DNA of 64,000 bases from a virus, in the IMG/VR virus record IMGVR_UViG_3300025120_014916, positions 72,410 to 136,409 of that record; one strand, 5' to 3'. The notes under the pieces are model-generated. The model did not search any database. It saw only the letters and a list, made by a program, of their open reading frames with translations, and was not told the DNA's origin. Made by a program: the position numbers and the translations under genes. Below, in pieces: positions 19,475 through 29,348 of this stretch. The number at the start of each line of letters is the position of its first letter. Position 1 is the first letter of the stretch.

Positions 19475-20365
19475 TTAATAACTCATTATTTTTTCTGATA
19501 GTGTGTATTTGGGTGACCATCCTAAATCTTTTATAGTCTCGCTTATATCTGCAAGTGTTTCTTGAACTTCTGCCGGCCGTAAAGGAATTATATCTGTTTT
19601 CCCTCCAATCATCTCTGCTATTTCCCACATTGAATGATTTTTTCCTGTTCCGACGTTATAGACGTTAAATGGGATATCAACAGTTGATGATCTCATTGCA
19701 AGAATATTTGCTTCCACTACATCTTCGATATATGTAAAATCTCTTCTTTGTGTCCCGGGTGCAACTATGGTCATAAATTTATTATTCTTGCTTTGACGTT
19801 TAAATAAACCAATTACTGGAGCGTATTCTCCCTTGATAGGCTCTCTCGGCCCGTATACATTAAAGTATCTTAAAGTTATGCTTGGTACCCCGTAAAGCTG
19901 GTTATAAAGTTTACAAATTTGTTCACCCATCCATTTTGACATTGAATATGGGTTGAGGCAGTCTGCAGGCATATTGGGTGCAAACGGAATTGAATTCTGG
20001 TGACCATAAAGTGAAGAGGTACCTGAATATATTACTCTTTTTACAGAATGCAATCTGGACCATTCTAGGACCCTCTGCGTGCCTACTACGTTAACCTCGA
20101 AACACTCATTAGGCGCACCAATAGTTGGTTGGATGCGGCTTCTTGCTGCTAGATGAAAGACATAATCAACTGACTTGAAAATGTCGTTGCAGTCATCTTT
20201 AGATATATCTTTTTGCCAATATGTTACTTGATCATTATAATAAAATCTCTCATTTTCTTGTGCAGACAAGTCATCTATCACAACTACCTCGCAACCAATC
20301 AAAATAAGCTTATCTACTATATGGCTACCTATAAATCCGCAACCGCCTGTTACTAAACATTTCAT
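19475..20365 (-). CDS. NAD-dependent epimerase/dehydratase (extended SDR)
   Basis: VTGGCGFIGSH, FHLAA, SSLYG, PYSMSK (YxxxK), LRYFNVYGP, RDFTYIEDVV. Confidence 0.92.
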   Translation of the reverse strand: MKCLVTGGCGFIGSHIVDKLILIGCEVVVIDDLSAQENERFYYNDQVTYWQKDISKDDCNDIFKSVDYVFHLAARSRIQPTIGAPNECFEVNVVGTQRVLEWSRLHSVKRVIYSGTSSLYGHQNSIPFAPNMPADCLNPYSMSKWMGEQICKLYNQLYGVPSITLRYFNVYGPREPIKGEYAPVIGLFKRQSKNNKFMTIVAPGTQRRDFTYIEDVVEANILAMRSSTVDIPFNVYNVGTGKNHSMWEIAEMIGGKTDIIPLRPAEVQETLADISETIKDLGWSPKYTLSEKIMSY

Positions 20366-20393
20366 AATTAACCTACCTGCTATAATCTAATTT

Positions 20394-21251
20394 TTATTTT
20401 TTATTTGTACTCACTGCACCCGGGATGTCATACCAGTCTAGATCCTGTCTAACCTGTTTATTCTTTTCCCAAGCACCTTTCATAACATCAGGTGAAACGC
20501 CAAGCTCTTCTGCCTTTTTAATCATTGCATTTAGATCTTTAGGGAAGCATTTACCACCAAAGCCAAAGTCACCATCATGGCCCGGGACATCAATATGAGA
20601 GTTCCCAATTCTACCATCTGTTATAAATCCTTCAAGCGCTTTATCCCAGTCTCCACTAATAGCTTTACAAACTTGGTACATTTCATTCATAAAAGAAACT
20701 TTCGTGGCAAAAAAACAATTTGCCATGTATTTAATTAACTGTGCAGTTCCAAAATCTGTTTTTATGATGTTTGTATGTGGGAACCTTAATCTATATAAGT
20801 CTTCAACTTTTTGCAAAGATTTTTTATTATTACTGCCTAAAACAATTCTTGCAGTATTTATAAAGTCTAGTCTTGCTTTTCGCTCAGTTAGAAATTCAGG
20901 ATTGAAGACAAAATTCATGTCCGGGTATTTCGCTGCTAAACGTTCAGTCGTTCCAGGAACGACTGTTGATTTGATTACTAGTACTTGATCTTTACGCCTA
21001 TGCGTAAGCGGATAGTTGTTCATTATTTCATCAACAACACCCTCGACAATTGAAAGATCGCATTCTCCTGACTCGAACATCGGTGTTGGTACGCAAATAA
21101 ATACAACGTCTGAGTGTAAAATCAATTCACATAAGCTATGTGTAGACCGCTTTGGGTCTTTGTCATGTATCATTATATCATCTGAATGGAGCATGAAGCC
21201 GTGTATTATTGCGGAGCCTACAAACCCGTTACCTATTATTCCAATTTTCAT
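20394..21251 (-). CDS. UDP-glucose/GDP-mannose dehydrogenase family, short form without the C-terminal domain
   Basis: GIIGNGFVG, FICVPTP, KSTVVPGT, FNPEFL, KYMANCFFATKVSFMNE, GFGGKCFPKD. Confidence 0.88.
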   Translation of the reverse strand: MKIGIIGNGFVGSAIIHGFMLHSDDIMIHDKDPKRSTHSLCELILHSDVVFICVPTPMFESGECDLSIVEGVVDEIMNNYPLTHRRKDQVLVIKSTVVPGTTERLAAKYPDMNFVFNPEFLTERKARLDFINTARIVLGSNNKKSLQKVEDLYRLRFPHTNIIKTDFGTAQLIKYMANCFFATKVSFMNEMYQVCKAISGDWDKALEGFITDGRIGNSHIDVPGHDGDFGFGGKCFPKDLNAMIKKAEELGVSPDVMKGAWEKNKQVRQDLDWYDIPGAVSTNKK

Positions 21252-21264
21252 AATCTAACCTTTT

Positions 21265-21858
21265 TTATTTTTGAGCAATTATTGTACTGTTGACATAGTA
21301 AGCATTTTCTGATATTACGTTTCCGCTAAAGATAGATTTAACCATGTCATTAGGTAGGTATTGAATCTTTTTAAACTCTTCACTTCTTCTATCAGTTGGA
21401 TTGTTGATCATGTGTATCATCATCTTATAATTACCTGTTTTTTCTTTTAACAGTATTTTTGAAAATTTTTCAACTAAAACTGCTAAACCCTCTGTTGTAA
21501 ATCGCCAAAAGTCGGTAGGGTGTGGGTGTTCTTGGTAGAAAAAGGGTGAAGTTATTATAATTATACCACCCGGCTTAAGCACACGATAAGCTTCGTCTAC
21601 GCATATCCATGGCTTTCTAACATGTTCTAAAACCTGGTCAAAAGCAACACAATCGTATTCGTCGTCTTTATACGGTAGTTTATGAGCATCAACTTCAGGA
21701 TAATCAGCTCTTGTTACGTTTTTATAGAAATTTGACCAATGAGGTGTATGACCACTAATTTCTAAAATTTTTTCATTTTTAATCGTACTGTCGCTTGCAA
21801 TAATATTGCTTAAAAATTGCTGCGTTTTTACAAGATACTCTATTCTTGTGCATTTCAT
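21265..21858 (-). CDS. Class I SAM-dependent methyltransferase
   Basis: KILEISG, DAHKLPY, QVLEHV, YRVLKPGG, HPTDFWRFT. Confidence 0.8.
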   Translation of the reverse strand: MKCTRIEYLVKTQQFLSNIIASDSTIKNEKILEISGHTPHWSNFYKNVTRADYPEVDAHKLPYKDDEYDCVAFDQVLEHVRKPWICVDEAYRVLKPGGIIIITSPFFYQEHPHPTDFWRFTTEGLAVLVEKFSKILLKEKTGNYKMMIHMINNPTDRRSEEFKKIQYLPNDMVKSIFSGNVISENAYYVNSTIIAQK

Positions 21859-21872
21859 TACATTTCCTTTTT

Positions 21873-22631
21873 TTAAATTTTTGCTTTTTCAATCTCACCA
21901 AATACGCTTAGATATTTTGTGTGGAAAAATTGTAAATTTTCTATCGGCATTGTTTTATCATCTAGAAATCTAAAATCATTGTATTTAAAACAATCATCAT
22001 TACCCATATTGTTCATTTTTTCATTGTTATAAAAATTAATTGCGTAAGCTGCTATTTTGCGTATATCATCATCATTAAAATTAAATAAATTTGCATGACC
22101 CCTGTTGATCCTGTTTATGATAACATTACAAATTTTACTCGGGTATTGCTCAAAATCATGAAGATTTGTTACAACATCATACGTTTTCCATGAAGCATCC
22201 TTTCTTTTGTTTGTGAATAAAGAAATAAAATCAGACTCAGGTTTTTTTGAGTTCGGTACAACGATATTCTTAAAAGCGTCTACTAATTCTTTTTTGTATA
22301 TAACGGGTGTTCCGCCTCTATATTTTTTCATTAAACAGTCATAGTATAACCCTTCAGAGCATAAAACATGTTTATCATTAATTGTTAAATCGACTAATGT
22401 ATCGAGTCCTTTATAGACTAATCGATCAGCGTCAGATCTAATTACAAGATCATAGTTTTCTAAATTTTCAATACAGTATTTTCTAAACTTATCTAATTTT
22501 TGATAAAAAGAAATACTTTCGTTATCAACAACAATGTCATTGTAGCCTAACTTTTCAAAACAGTATCTTGACAATTCTTTTGTTCTTTCATCTAGTGATG
22601 TTATATAAATCAAGCATTTCTTTTTATTCAT
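21873..22631 (-). CDS. Putative GT-A-fold glycosyltransferase
   Basis: YDLVIRSDAD (DxD after a beta strand) and sugar-island context only. Confidence 0.45.
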   Translation of the reverse strand: MNKKKCLIYITSLDERTKELSRYCFEKLGYNDIVVDNESISFYQKLDKFRKYCIENLENYDLVIRSDADRLVYKGLDTLVDLTINDKHVLCSEGLYYDCLMKKYRGGTPVIYKKELVDAFKNIVVPNSKKPESDFISLFTNKRKDASWKTYDVVTNLHDFEQYPSKICNVIINRINRGHANLFNFNDDDIRKIAAYAINFYNNEKMNNMGNDDCFKYNDFRFLDDKTMPIENLQFFHTKYLSVFGEIEKAKI

Positions 22632-23538
22632 TTGACAACCTCATAATTAAAGTGTCACACATCCCAAGCGAAGCCAGCTTATTACCGTATGCCTCATTTA
22701 GATTATCACTGTTTAAAAAGTCGTAAACTTTGTGACCATTTGGTTTGTTTTTTTGTAGCCAATGTATGTGATTTGATGGTGGAAATCTTTGGATTTGTTT
22801 TACATAGTCGACTTTGTAACCTGCTTTTTCTCCAATAACTCTTAAACTTTTCTGACTGTAATAATACAGATGGCACGTCCAAAAATACCAGTCTCTAAAA
22901 TCTTGAATGTCATATAAATCAAGTAGTGCGTCATTAATGTTGGGCACTTCAATAATTATTTTACCACAATCTTTTAAATTTTTTTTAAGCTTTTTCAATT
23001 CTGATATTGGGTCTTTAATGTGTTCCATAACATGAAAACATGTTATGAAATCAAATTTTTTACTCACCCTGTCTAGACTATGATGAATCGGTATGTCAAG
23101 ATCTACAAAGCTATTTTTTAAGTAGTGTATTAGATGAGTGTCAGGTTCAACCCCCACTACTGAGTTACAAAATTGATTAATCTTATTTATAAAGCCACCA
23201 GCGCCGCAACCGTAGTCCAATACAGACTTGTTTGCGACACTATTGACGAGCATGTTTTTTCTTCGTTCGTCGTCAAAATTTGCATTCTTTTTCCAAGATT
23301 CGAATTTTTCAAAATTAGTAATTTGTTGCTTGCTTAAAAACCTATCATTTTTTAGCATTTTTGAGTTTTCGTAAAAGTCGCCCTCAATAATGTGATCGTG
23401 GTGTGACAAGAATACAAAATCGCAATCATTACATTTTAAAATTTTAAAGTCTAATTCGGGTTTTACATCGACGTCTCTTATTTTAGTTGGAATGCACGCA
23501 ATGTTCATTGATTCACACAAATAACATTTTTTAATCAT
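22624..23538 (-). CDS. Class I SAM methyltransferase with an N-terminal Zn-binding motif
   Basis: CYLC...CNDC, VLDYGCGAGGF, FDFITCFHVMEHI, IIIEVPN, HLYYYS. Confidence 0.85.
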   Translation of the reverse strand: MIKKCYLCESMNIACIPTKIRDVDVKPELDFKILKCNDCDFVFLSHHDHIIEGDFYENSKMLKNDRFLSKQQITNFEKFESWKKNANFDDERRKNMLVNSVANKSVLDYGCGAGGFINKINQFCNSVVGVEPDTHLIHYLKNSFVDLDIPIHHSLDRVSKKFDFITCFHVMEHIKDPISELKKLKKNLKDCGKIIIEVPNINDALLDLYDIQDFRDWYFWTCHLYYYSQKSLRVIGEKAGYKVDYVKQIQRFPPSNHIHWLQKNKPNGHKVYDFLNSDNLNEAYGNKLASLGMCDTLIMRLSNE

Positions 23539-24202
23539 TTCTATTTTCCTTTCTGTTTAAAGATTGACGTAACAACATTTCAGCATACTCAAAATCATCT
23601 TTATCGTCGATATCGATTGACTCGAAATTATTTAGTATAATTGTCTTACAATTGTCTGATGTTCTTGCGTTAGAATCTAATACACAGTTCTTGTAACCGT
23701 ATATTCCGGATGTTTCAACAAGCACAGGTAAAAGATCCTGTGTCTTAGGTCTAGGTAAAGAAAAATTGATTTTTTCATCATTGAACCAGCAAAAAGTTTT
23801 AATTTTACTCACAGAAGCTACTGATTCGAAGTTATCTTTACACAGAAAGTCTATTGAGCGTTGGTAACTTGAGAGTTTTATAAACGGAGACGTGCAGTGA
23901 GTTAAAATGTAATTATCAGCAGGAATAATTTTTCTAAACTCCTTGTATATCTGGATTCCTAAAACATCATCATGATCAAATCTTTTATCTCTGTCTAAAA
24001 AAAATATATTTTTACTGTCAAAGTCTATCTTTTTCTTAAGAAGTTCACAATCGCTTGAGAAAACATAAACAGGAACATCTAATTTGTCAAGTGTTTCCAA
24101 GCTCCAGCAAAATAATGGTCGACCTAATAAATTTTTAATGCTTTTATTCTTAAGCCTAGTTGAGTTTATTTTTATTGGCATTAAAAATACTAGATCTTTC
24201 AT
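23531..24202 (-). CDS. Acylneuraminate/ulosonate cytidylyltransferase (NeuA / CMP-KDN-synthetase type)
   Basis: PIKINSTRLKNK..LLGRPL, HCTSPF, KTQDL, ETSGIY, SIDIDDKDDF. Confidence 0.88.
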   Translation of the reverse strand: MKDLVFLMPIKINSTRLKNKSIKNLLGRPLFCWSLETLDKLDVPVYVFSSDCELLKKKIDFDSKNIFFLDRDKRFDHDDVLGIQIYKEFRKIIPADNYILTHCTSPFIKLSSYQRSIDFLCKDNFESVASVSKIKTFCWFNDEKINFSLPRPKTQDLLPVLVETSGIYGYKNCVLDSNARTSDNCKTIILNNFESIDIDDKDDFEYAEMLLRQSLNRKENRND

Positions 24203-24774
24203 TTATTCCGCTCCCTATCCTTAATAATTTTTTTACCAATTGAACCTGCAGGGTGGTTTCTTTGGTAGTCTTGTATTGAACATTTTCTTCTTATAACTGT
24301 CTCGCATAATATACCGTGTAAGCATATCATGTACAATGTAGTTGACATCATGGGCGCGTATCCAAACGGTGAAGATTCTCTTTCTACAGGGATGTGAATA
24401 TTGTTTTTACACATCTTTGTTAAAGAAGACTTTTCATCGCTCGTAACAGATACAGTTTCCCATTTTTTGAAATATTTAGCGACGTCGATTGTTTCTTTTG
24501 TTTCTCCTGACTTAGAAACAAAAACAAGTAAGTCACCTTCTTTGATCAACCCAGCATCTCCGTGAAAAGCATGACACACGTCTAAATCATGCCAGTCTAG
24601 GCTGTAAGATCTAGCTGTGTATACTATTTTTCTGCATGCAAAAGCACTTTTACCCATCGTGCAGAATATTACTCTGCTATAATTACAAAATATATCAATT
24701 GAACTTTTAATTTCACGATAACTAGGGATATTACTTACTGAGTGTATTGCCTCGCTTAAATGTTGATCGTACAT
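24199..24774 (-). CDS. kdsD: SIS-domain sugar-phosphate isomerase, KdsD/KpsF/GutQ-like, without CBS domains
   Basis: TMGKSAF, AFHGDAG, VSKSGETKE, APMMSTT, RNHPAGSIG. Confidence 0.82.
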   Translation of the reverse strand: MYDQHLSEAIHSVSNIPSYREIKSSIDIFCNYSRVIFCTMGKSAFACRKIVYTARSYSLDWHDLDVCHAFHGDAGLIKEGDLLVFVSKSGETKETIDVAKYFKKWETVSVTSDEKSSLTKMCKNNIHIPVERESSPFGYAPMMSTTLYMICLHGILCETVIRRKCSIQDYQRNHPAGSIGKKIIKDRERNK

Positions 24775-24775
24775 T

Positions 24776-25561
24776 TTAGTTCACCGCTTTTTTTATCTTT
24801 ACACATTTTTTAATTATTTTTTCAATATTTGACATGTCAAGCATAGACATGCTATCGCTTAATGCTGAATTGGGGTCTGGGTGTGTTTCTATGAAAAGAC
24901 CATCTGCACCTGCTGCAATTGCTGCATAACACATTGTCGATATTAACTCAGGATCGCCACCGGTGATACCATCGCTTCTATTTGGCTTCTGCAAACTATG
25001 TGTGCAATCAACAATAACATTGCTACAATATTTTTTAATTTTCGGTATGTTTGTAACGTCAACAATTAAGTCTGAGTAGCCAAACGTATTACCTCTTTCT
25101 GTTATGAAAATCTTGTCTTTACCTGCTTTTTTTACTTTTTCATAGGCATACTTCATTGTTATGTGAGAAGCAAATTGACCTTTTTTTATATTAATTGATA
25201 AACCTGAATTTGCTGCTGCTAATAACAATTCTGTCTGTCTGCATAAAAATGCAGGAATCTGGACGTGACTGACATAGTCTTTGACAATATCTACATCTTT
25301 GCATTCGTGTATATCAGTGATGACAGGCAAATCAAATTTTCCGCTTACTTCTTTTAGAATATTAAGCGCTTCTTCATCACCTATACCCGTAAATGAATTA
25401 ATTTTTGTCCTATTTGCTTTTTTATATGAAGCCTTAAAGATTAATTCAATATTATTTTCATTGCAAATTCTTTTTAAGTGTTCTGCTATTTTAAAGACAG
25501 TGTTTTTGCTTTCAATAACGCACGGGCCGGCAATTAGTTTAAAGTTGTACTTATTTTTCAT
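24776..25561 (-). CDS. kdsA: 3-deoxy-8-phosphooctulonate (KDO8P) synthase, metal-dependent type
   Basis: IAGPCVIES, FKASYKKANRT, QIPAFLCRQT, NIKKGQF, TERG, DCTHSLQ, GLFIETHPDP..ALSD. Confidence 0.95.
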   Translation of the reverse strand: MKNKYNFKLIAGPCVIESKNTVFKIAEHLKRICNENNIELIFKASYKKANRTKINSFTGIGDEEALNILKEVSGKFDLPVITDIHECKDVDIVKDYVSHVQIPAFLCRQTELLLAAANSGLSINIKKGQFASHITMKYAYEKVKKAGKDKIFITERGNTFGYSDLIVDVTNIPKIKKYCSNVIVDCTHSLQKPNRSDGITGGDPELISTMCYAAIAAGADGLFIETHPDPNSALSDSMSMLDMSNIEKIIKKCVKIKKAVN

Positions 25562-25564
25562 CTT

Positions 25565-25885
25565 TTATAAATCCTTTATTAGTGCTAATAAATCTTTATT
25601 TTTTCCTTTTTCCCATCTAAAGCCTCTATCATCAACAAACAAATCGCAGTTAATCTTATTCATAACCAAACCAGTATAATTCAAACCGGCTTCTTTAAGA
25701 AAATTATCTGTGTATTTAAAGTGTTTAAAGTGTCTGGCAGTAAAAATGTATATTTCATGACCTTTTTCATATAAGTCATTTACCAAATTAATCATATCAG
25801 GGTACAGAAAAGAATCTTTGTAATTCTTTTCCGGAGAACCTTGTGATGCTAACGTATTATCTAAATCAAAAGCTATTCTTATCAT
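25565..25885 (-). CDS. Minimal HAD-family phosphatase (candidate KDO8P phosphatase)
   Basis: IAFDLDNTL (DxD), FTAR, NK, FVDDR motifs. Confidence 0.8.
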   Translation of the reverse strand: MIRIAFDLDNTLASQGSPEKNYKDSFLYPDMINLVNDLYEKGHEIYIFTARHFKHFKYTDNFLKEAGLNYTGLVMNKINCDLFVDDRGFRWEKGKNKDLLALIKDL

Positions 25886-25891
25886 GTTAAC

Positions 25892-25919
25892 ATTATACTT
25901 TTCTTTATCTAAATGTACA
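25892..25919 (-). promoter_or_regulatory. Candidate sigma70 promoter TGTACA-N16-TATAAT, 6 nt before the ATG (leaderless)
   Basis: Minus strand reads ATGTACATTTAGATAAAGAAAAG-TATAAT-GTTAAC-ATG; no SD. Confidence 0.5.
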
Positions 25920-25924
25920 TTAAT

Positions 25925-27043
25925 TTAAATTATTTTATTTTCTACCAAGTAGTTTATAATATTTTTATCAGCTTCTATTTCTATTTTGTGCTTATAGTCT
26001 TTATTCTTGCTAGGTCTATCTTTAATTGATGTTATTTTTTCTTTTATTTCATCAATTCCACTAGTTACAATTGTTACTTTTCCGGAAAGCTCTTGTTTAA
26101 GCGTATCAATTGCAAACTTATTGTGATTATTTGATTGGTCTGAGTTGTATACGATTATGTTTTCTGCGTTTTTTATGTAAGCACTGTCAACAAAAGAAGA
26201 TGTTATACCTAAAAGTAAAATTAAATGTGATTCTTTAAACATTGTCATCATAGCACTGGGGAAAAATAGATCTCTTTCTATTACTATGTCAGGTTTTGCA
26301 TCGATAGCAAGCTTGTGAAGTACTGTATGACTTTCGTTGAACGGGTATCCTTTTTCTCTTCTTTTCCAAACTACTGTATATCCCGCTTGTTTTAAAAAAA
26401 TTATAATCTCTTGAATGTTATTTACAAGAGTACTTTCATCTTCTTCTTTCCTGAACCATCTTTCAGGTATAAAACATACTTTTTTACTACTGATATCTTT
26501 TATTAGCTTTTCTGTATTGCTATTATTGTTATATTTAAACTGACTAAGCCTAGTATTGCCCAAGTATAAACAGTTTTGCACTTTATTTTTAAACAAGAAG
26601 TCTTCATCAATCTTATAACGTGCAATATTTAAAATAATTTTATTTTTATATGGGCTTCTATGAAAAGTTTGTATTGCATCGTAACTCCAAGTAAAATGTA
26701 TTATTTTATCAGGAACCTTAGGTATCCAAGTAGGATATTTATGCCAAACACCTTGAATAAATGCCACGTTAGGTTTTCTTTTGTCAAAAATATTTTCAAA
26801 TTTTATTTTATCATTTTGACCAAAAAAATCAATATCAGATTCGGGTATTACTATATTATTTTTAGCAAGTGTATCTTTGATGAAATTAATTATTTCATTT
26901 TTTTCATAATAATAGAATTGTCTTTTTTTACTTAAACAATCAAAAATGCATATCCAGGGTTTATATCCCTTATTTATTGATTCTATTAATGTTGTAAACA
27001 TATCTTGGAAATCAACGATTCCTGTGAAGTAAAATGCTATCAT
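25925..27043 (-). CDS. Putative GT-B-fold glycosyltransferase (unassigned)
   Basis: Two Rossmann-like halves; KVCFIPE...YTVVWKRRE...HLILLLGITSSFVDS loosely recalls KxHP/SST-type transferases; context. Confidence 0.4.
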   Translation of the reverse strand: MIAFYFTGIVDFQDMFTTLIESINKGYKPWICIFDCLSKKRQFYYYEKNEIINFIKDTLAKNNIVIPESDIDFFGQNDKIKFENIFDKRKPNVAFIQGVWHKYPTWIPKVPDKIIHFTWSYDAIQTFHRSPYKNKIILNIARYKIDEDFLFKNKVQNCLYLGNTRLSQFKYNNNSNTEKLIKDISSKKVCFIPERWFRKEEDESTLVNNIQEIIIFLKQAGYTVVWKRREKGYPFNESHTVLHKLAIDAKPDIVIERDLFFPSAMMTMFKESHLILLLGITSSFVDSAYIKNAENIIVYNSDQSNNHNKFAIDTLKQELSGKVTIVTSGIDEIKEKITSIKDRPSKNKDYKHKIEIEADKNIINYLVENKII

Positions 27044-27699
27044 TTTTTTGTTCCTTGCAAAATAATATAAAGTTGTGGGTTGTCATCCCACAGAGGCATA
27101 CAGAAGACAGATATGTTTTTAAACATTTCTTCAACATCGTTTAAATTTATAATTGTGGGTACTTCGCTTTGTATAGCATTTTCCAAATCATCATAACCAT
27201 ATTTTTTAATTCTGTCAGAAAATACTTTGACGCCTTCTTGATTCAGAAAGCTTTTATCCCAAAGGCATGAAGCTATATAGTTACCTTCAAAATAACATTG
27301 TTCTTTTTCATTTTCATCTTGGAATCCCACTCTAAACTTTTTATATCTTAAGTGATCGCCTAAACCCCAGTCAACAAATATTCTACCACCAGGATTTAAA
27401 AAATTATTAATTTCAGAAATAAACTTTTTTGGATTATTAGAAAAGTAAGGACATCTTGTGCACACAATTAAGTCAAACTTCTTATCAAATTTGTATGGGA
27501 AGCTATTTATATTCCAGTTTTCCATGCTTATGTCGTAAAATTCTCTAATTTCAGACTTTATTTGCTTTGTAAATGTATTTTCTTTATCTTGCCCTAAAAA
27601 ACAAATAGACTTTACATTATTTTTAATATTAAATTGAGTGGTATAAAAATTAAAAAAATTCTCATATACATCAAAAACATAAGGGTCTGATTTTCCCAT
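27040..27699 (-). CDS. Class I SAM-dependent methyltransferase
   Basis: KFDLIVCTRCPYF, FLNPGGRIFVD. Confidence 0.72.
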   Translation of the reverse strand: MGKSDPYVFDVYENFFNFYTTQFNIKNNVKSICFLGQDKENTFTKQIKSEIREFYDISMENWNINSFPYKFDKKFDLIVCTRCPYFSNNPKKFISEINNFLNPGGRIFVDWGLGDHLRYKKFRVGFQDENEKEQCYFEGNYIASCLWDKSFLNQEGVKVFSDRIKKYGYDDLENAIQSEVPTIINLNDVEEMFKNISVFCMPLWDDNPQLYIILQGTKK

Positions 27700-27700
27700 T

Positions 27701-28432
27701 TTATAATTCCCTTAAGAAACAAAATTGCTTTTCTTTTTGTTGTTTTAAAAAGCTTATAAGCTTATTTGATAGATTAGTTGATAAATAATTTTTGTCCCAT
27801 TCACAAGCATGATATACTATTTCTGTCTTTTCATATAACTTTAGTTCATCAAATGGCGGATTTACATTATAATAAACAACATTTTTAAAATCTTCATCTT
27901 TTTTGCAATAAGTTTTTTTTGCGTACTCTTTGGGCGACAAAGCTAACAATTCAATCCCTATATCTGATGCTGCCTGTATTGCTTCTGGCGACATTCGCCA
28001 CGCAGGTGGCCTAAAAATATTTTTAAATTCGTTTTTTAAATTAGCTAACTTGACAACTTCAAACATTGCTTTGAATGTCTGAACAGACTGATCGTAATTT
28101 AAATTATTAAATTCGTCATTGTCACTTTTTCCCGGTATTCCGTGATAAAATCCGTGATAGCATATTTCAAAATTTAATTTAGGTAAGTTTCTAAGCTCAT
28201 TACAGAATTCTGGAAATTTATTAATCTGTAACGGTATCGACGTGGTTGTCCCGGGTTTGATTGTCCGCCAGTAAGATAATGGTACAAATAATGAAAATTT
28301 TACTTTAGGAAACTCACTAATGACTTCAAAGCAACGATCCAAAACCTTAGTGGAAGACATTGGGTGTGGCGATATGTCATCAATACTAATGTTAACTTTA
28401 TACATAGGACTCTCCATTTTTAATATTTTCAA
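27701..28432 (-). CDS. Polysaccharide deacetylase family (NodB-like / DUF2334)
   Basis: NISIDDISP, YHGFYH, FRPPAW motifs. Confidence 0.75.
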   Translation of the reverse strand: MKILKMESPMYKVNISIDDISPHPMSSTKVLDRCFEVISEFPKVKFSLFVPLSYWRTIKPGTTTSIPLQINKFPEFCNELRNLPKLNFEICYHGFYHGIPGKSDNDEFNNLNYDQSVQTFKAMFEVVKLANLKNEFKNIFRPPAWRMSPEAIQAASDIGIELLALSPKEYAKKTYCKKDEDFKNVVYYNVNPPFDELKLYEKTEIVYHACEWDKNYLSTNLSNKLISFLKQQKEKQFCFLREL

Positions 28433-29348
28433 TACACTTGATGTACATCATGATTGACGTATTTATTCTTTCATTGTATTTTAATACATTTGACTTAAAT
28501 TTACCAAAATTGTCTATTATTGTTTCAGCTGATTGTATAAAACCATTAATGTCATTATAACTTAAACCGTAGTCTTTACAGTATTCGTTTATTGAGCCAC
28601 CCTTATCATGATATATTACAGGCAAACCTGCCGCCATTGCCTCTAATACATGATTTGCTCCGGCTTCCTCTACTGATGCTGTCAAGTATATGTCATACGT
28701 TGGTAGCATTTCAGATAAAATTATTTCGTCTACTGGTTCTATTAAGTTCCAGCCTTCATTGCTGAAGTCTTTGTTGTATCTGCCGATATAAGTTAATTCA
28801 AAATCTTTTTTAGAAAGCTTTCCAAGTTTTGAATAAATACCTACTTTATTATAAAAATCAAACCCTTTTTTTTCATTTGTCGACCAATGATGTGTAACAA
28901 TCTTTATTTTTTTACCTATTTTTGAATTAATTCTTTTATTGTAAAATATATCCAAAGGTTTGTTTTCAATAATTTTAAAGTTATTTCCTTTATAACTCAA
29001 GTATTCTCTTGACCAATTACTTGGAAAAATAAATAAATCTGTATAACCTGCGTCTATGATCGCTTTTAAAAGATATGTTAACTCAGGTTTTGAGTGTGTA
29101 CCAACGTCACCCACTCTTTGGATTATAACTGTATTTGGATTGTTACGTTTATAGTTGACAAAATGTTCATACCATATACTACTTTGGTTTGGTCTAGGGT
29201 CATAACAAAAAATTACATCAATATTCTTTTCTAGTTCAAAGACTACTTTATGATTTCGTGACATCAATGCTTTGCAAAGCTCTGTTAATGTTTTGTTTCC
29301 TCCGCCCCAGGGTCCAATTGTGGGTTTTCTATTAATATATATTTTCAT
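28398..29348 (-). CDS. Glycosyltransferase, GT4/GT-B
   Basis: GPWGGGN, DIYLTASVEEAGANHVLEAMAAGLPVIY. Confidence 0.85.
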   Translation of the reverse strand: MKIYINRKPTIGPWGGGNKTLTELCKALMSRNHKVVFELEKNIDVIFCYDPRPNQSSIWYEHFVNYKRNNPNTVIIQRVGDVGTHSKPELTYLLKAIIDAGYTDLFIFPSNWSREYLSYKGNNFKIIENKPLDIFYNKRINSKIGKKIKIVTHHWSTNEKKGFDFYNKVGIYSKLGKLSKKDFELTYIGRYNKDFSNEGWNLIEPVDEIILSEMLPTYDIYLTASVEEAGANHVLEAMAAGLPVIYHDKGGSINEYCKDYGLSYNDINGFIQSAETIIDNFGKFKSNVLKYNERINTSIMMYIKCIENIKNGESYV

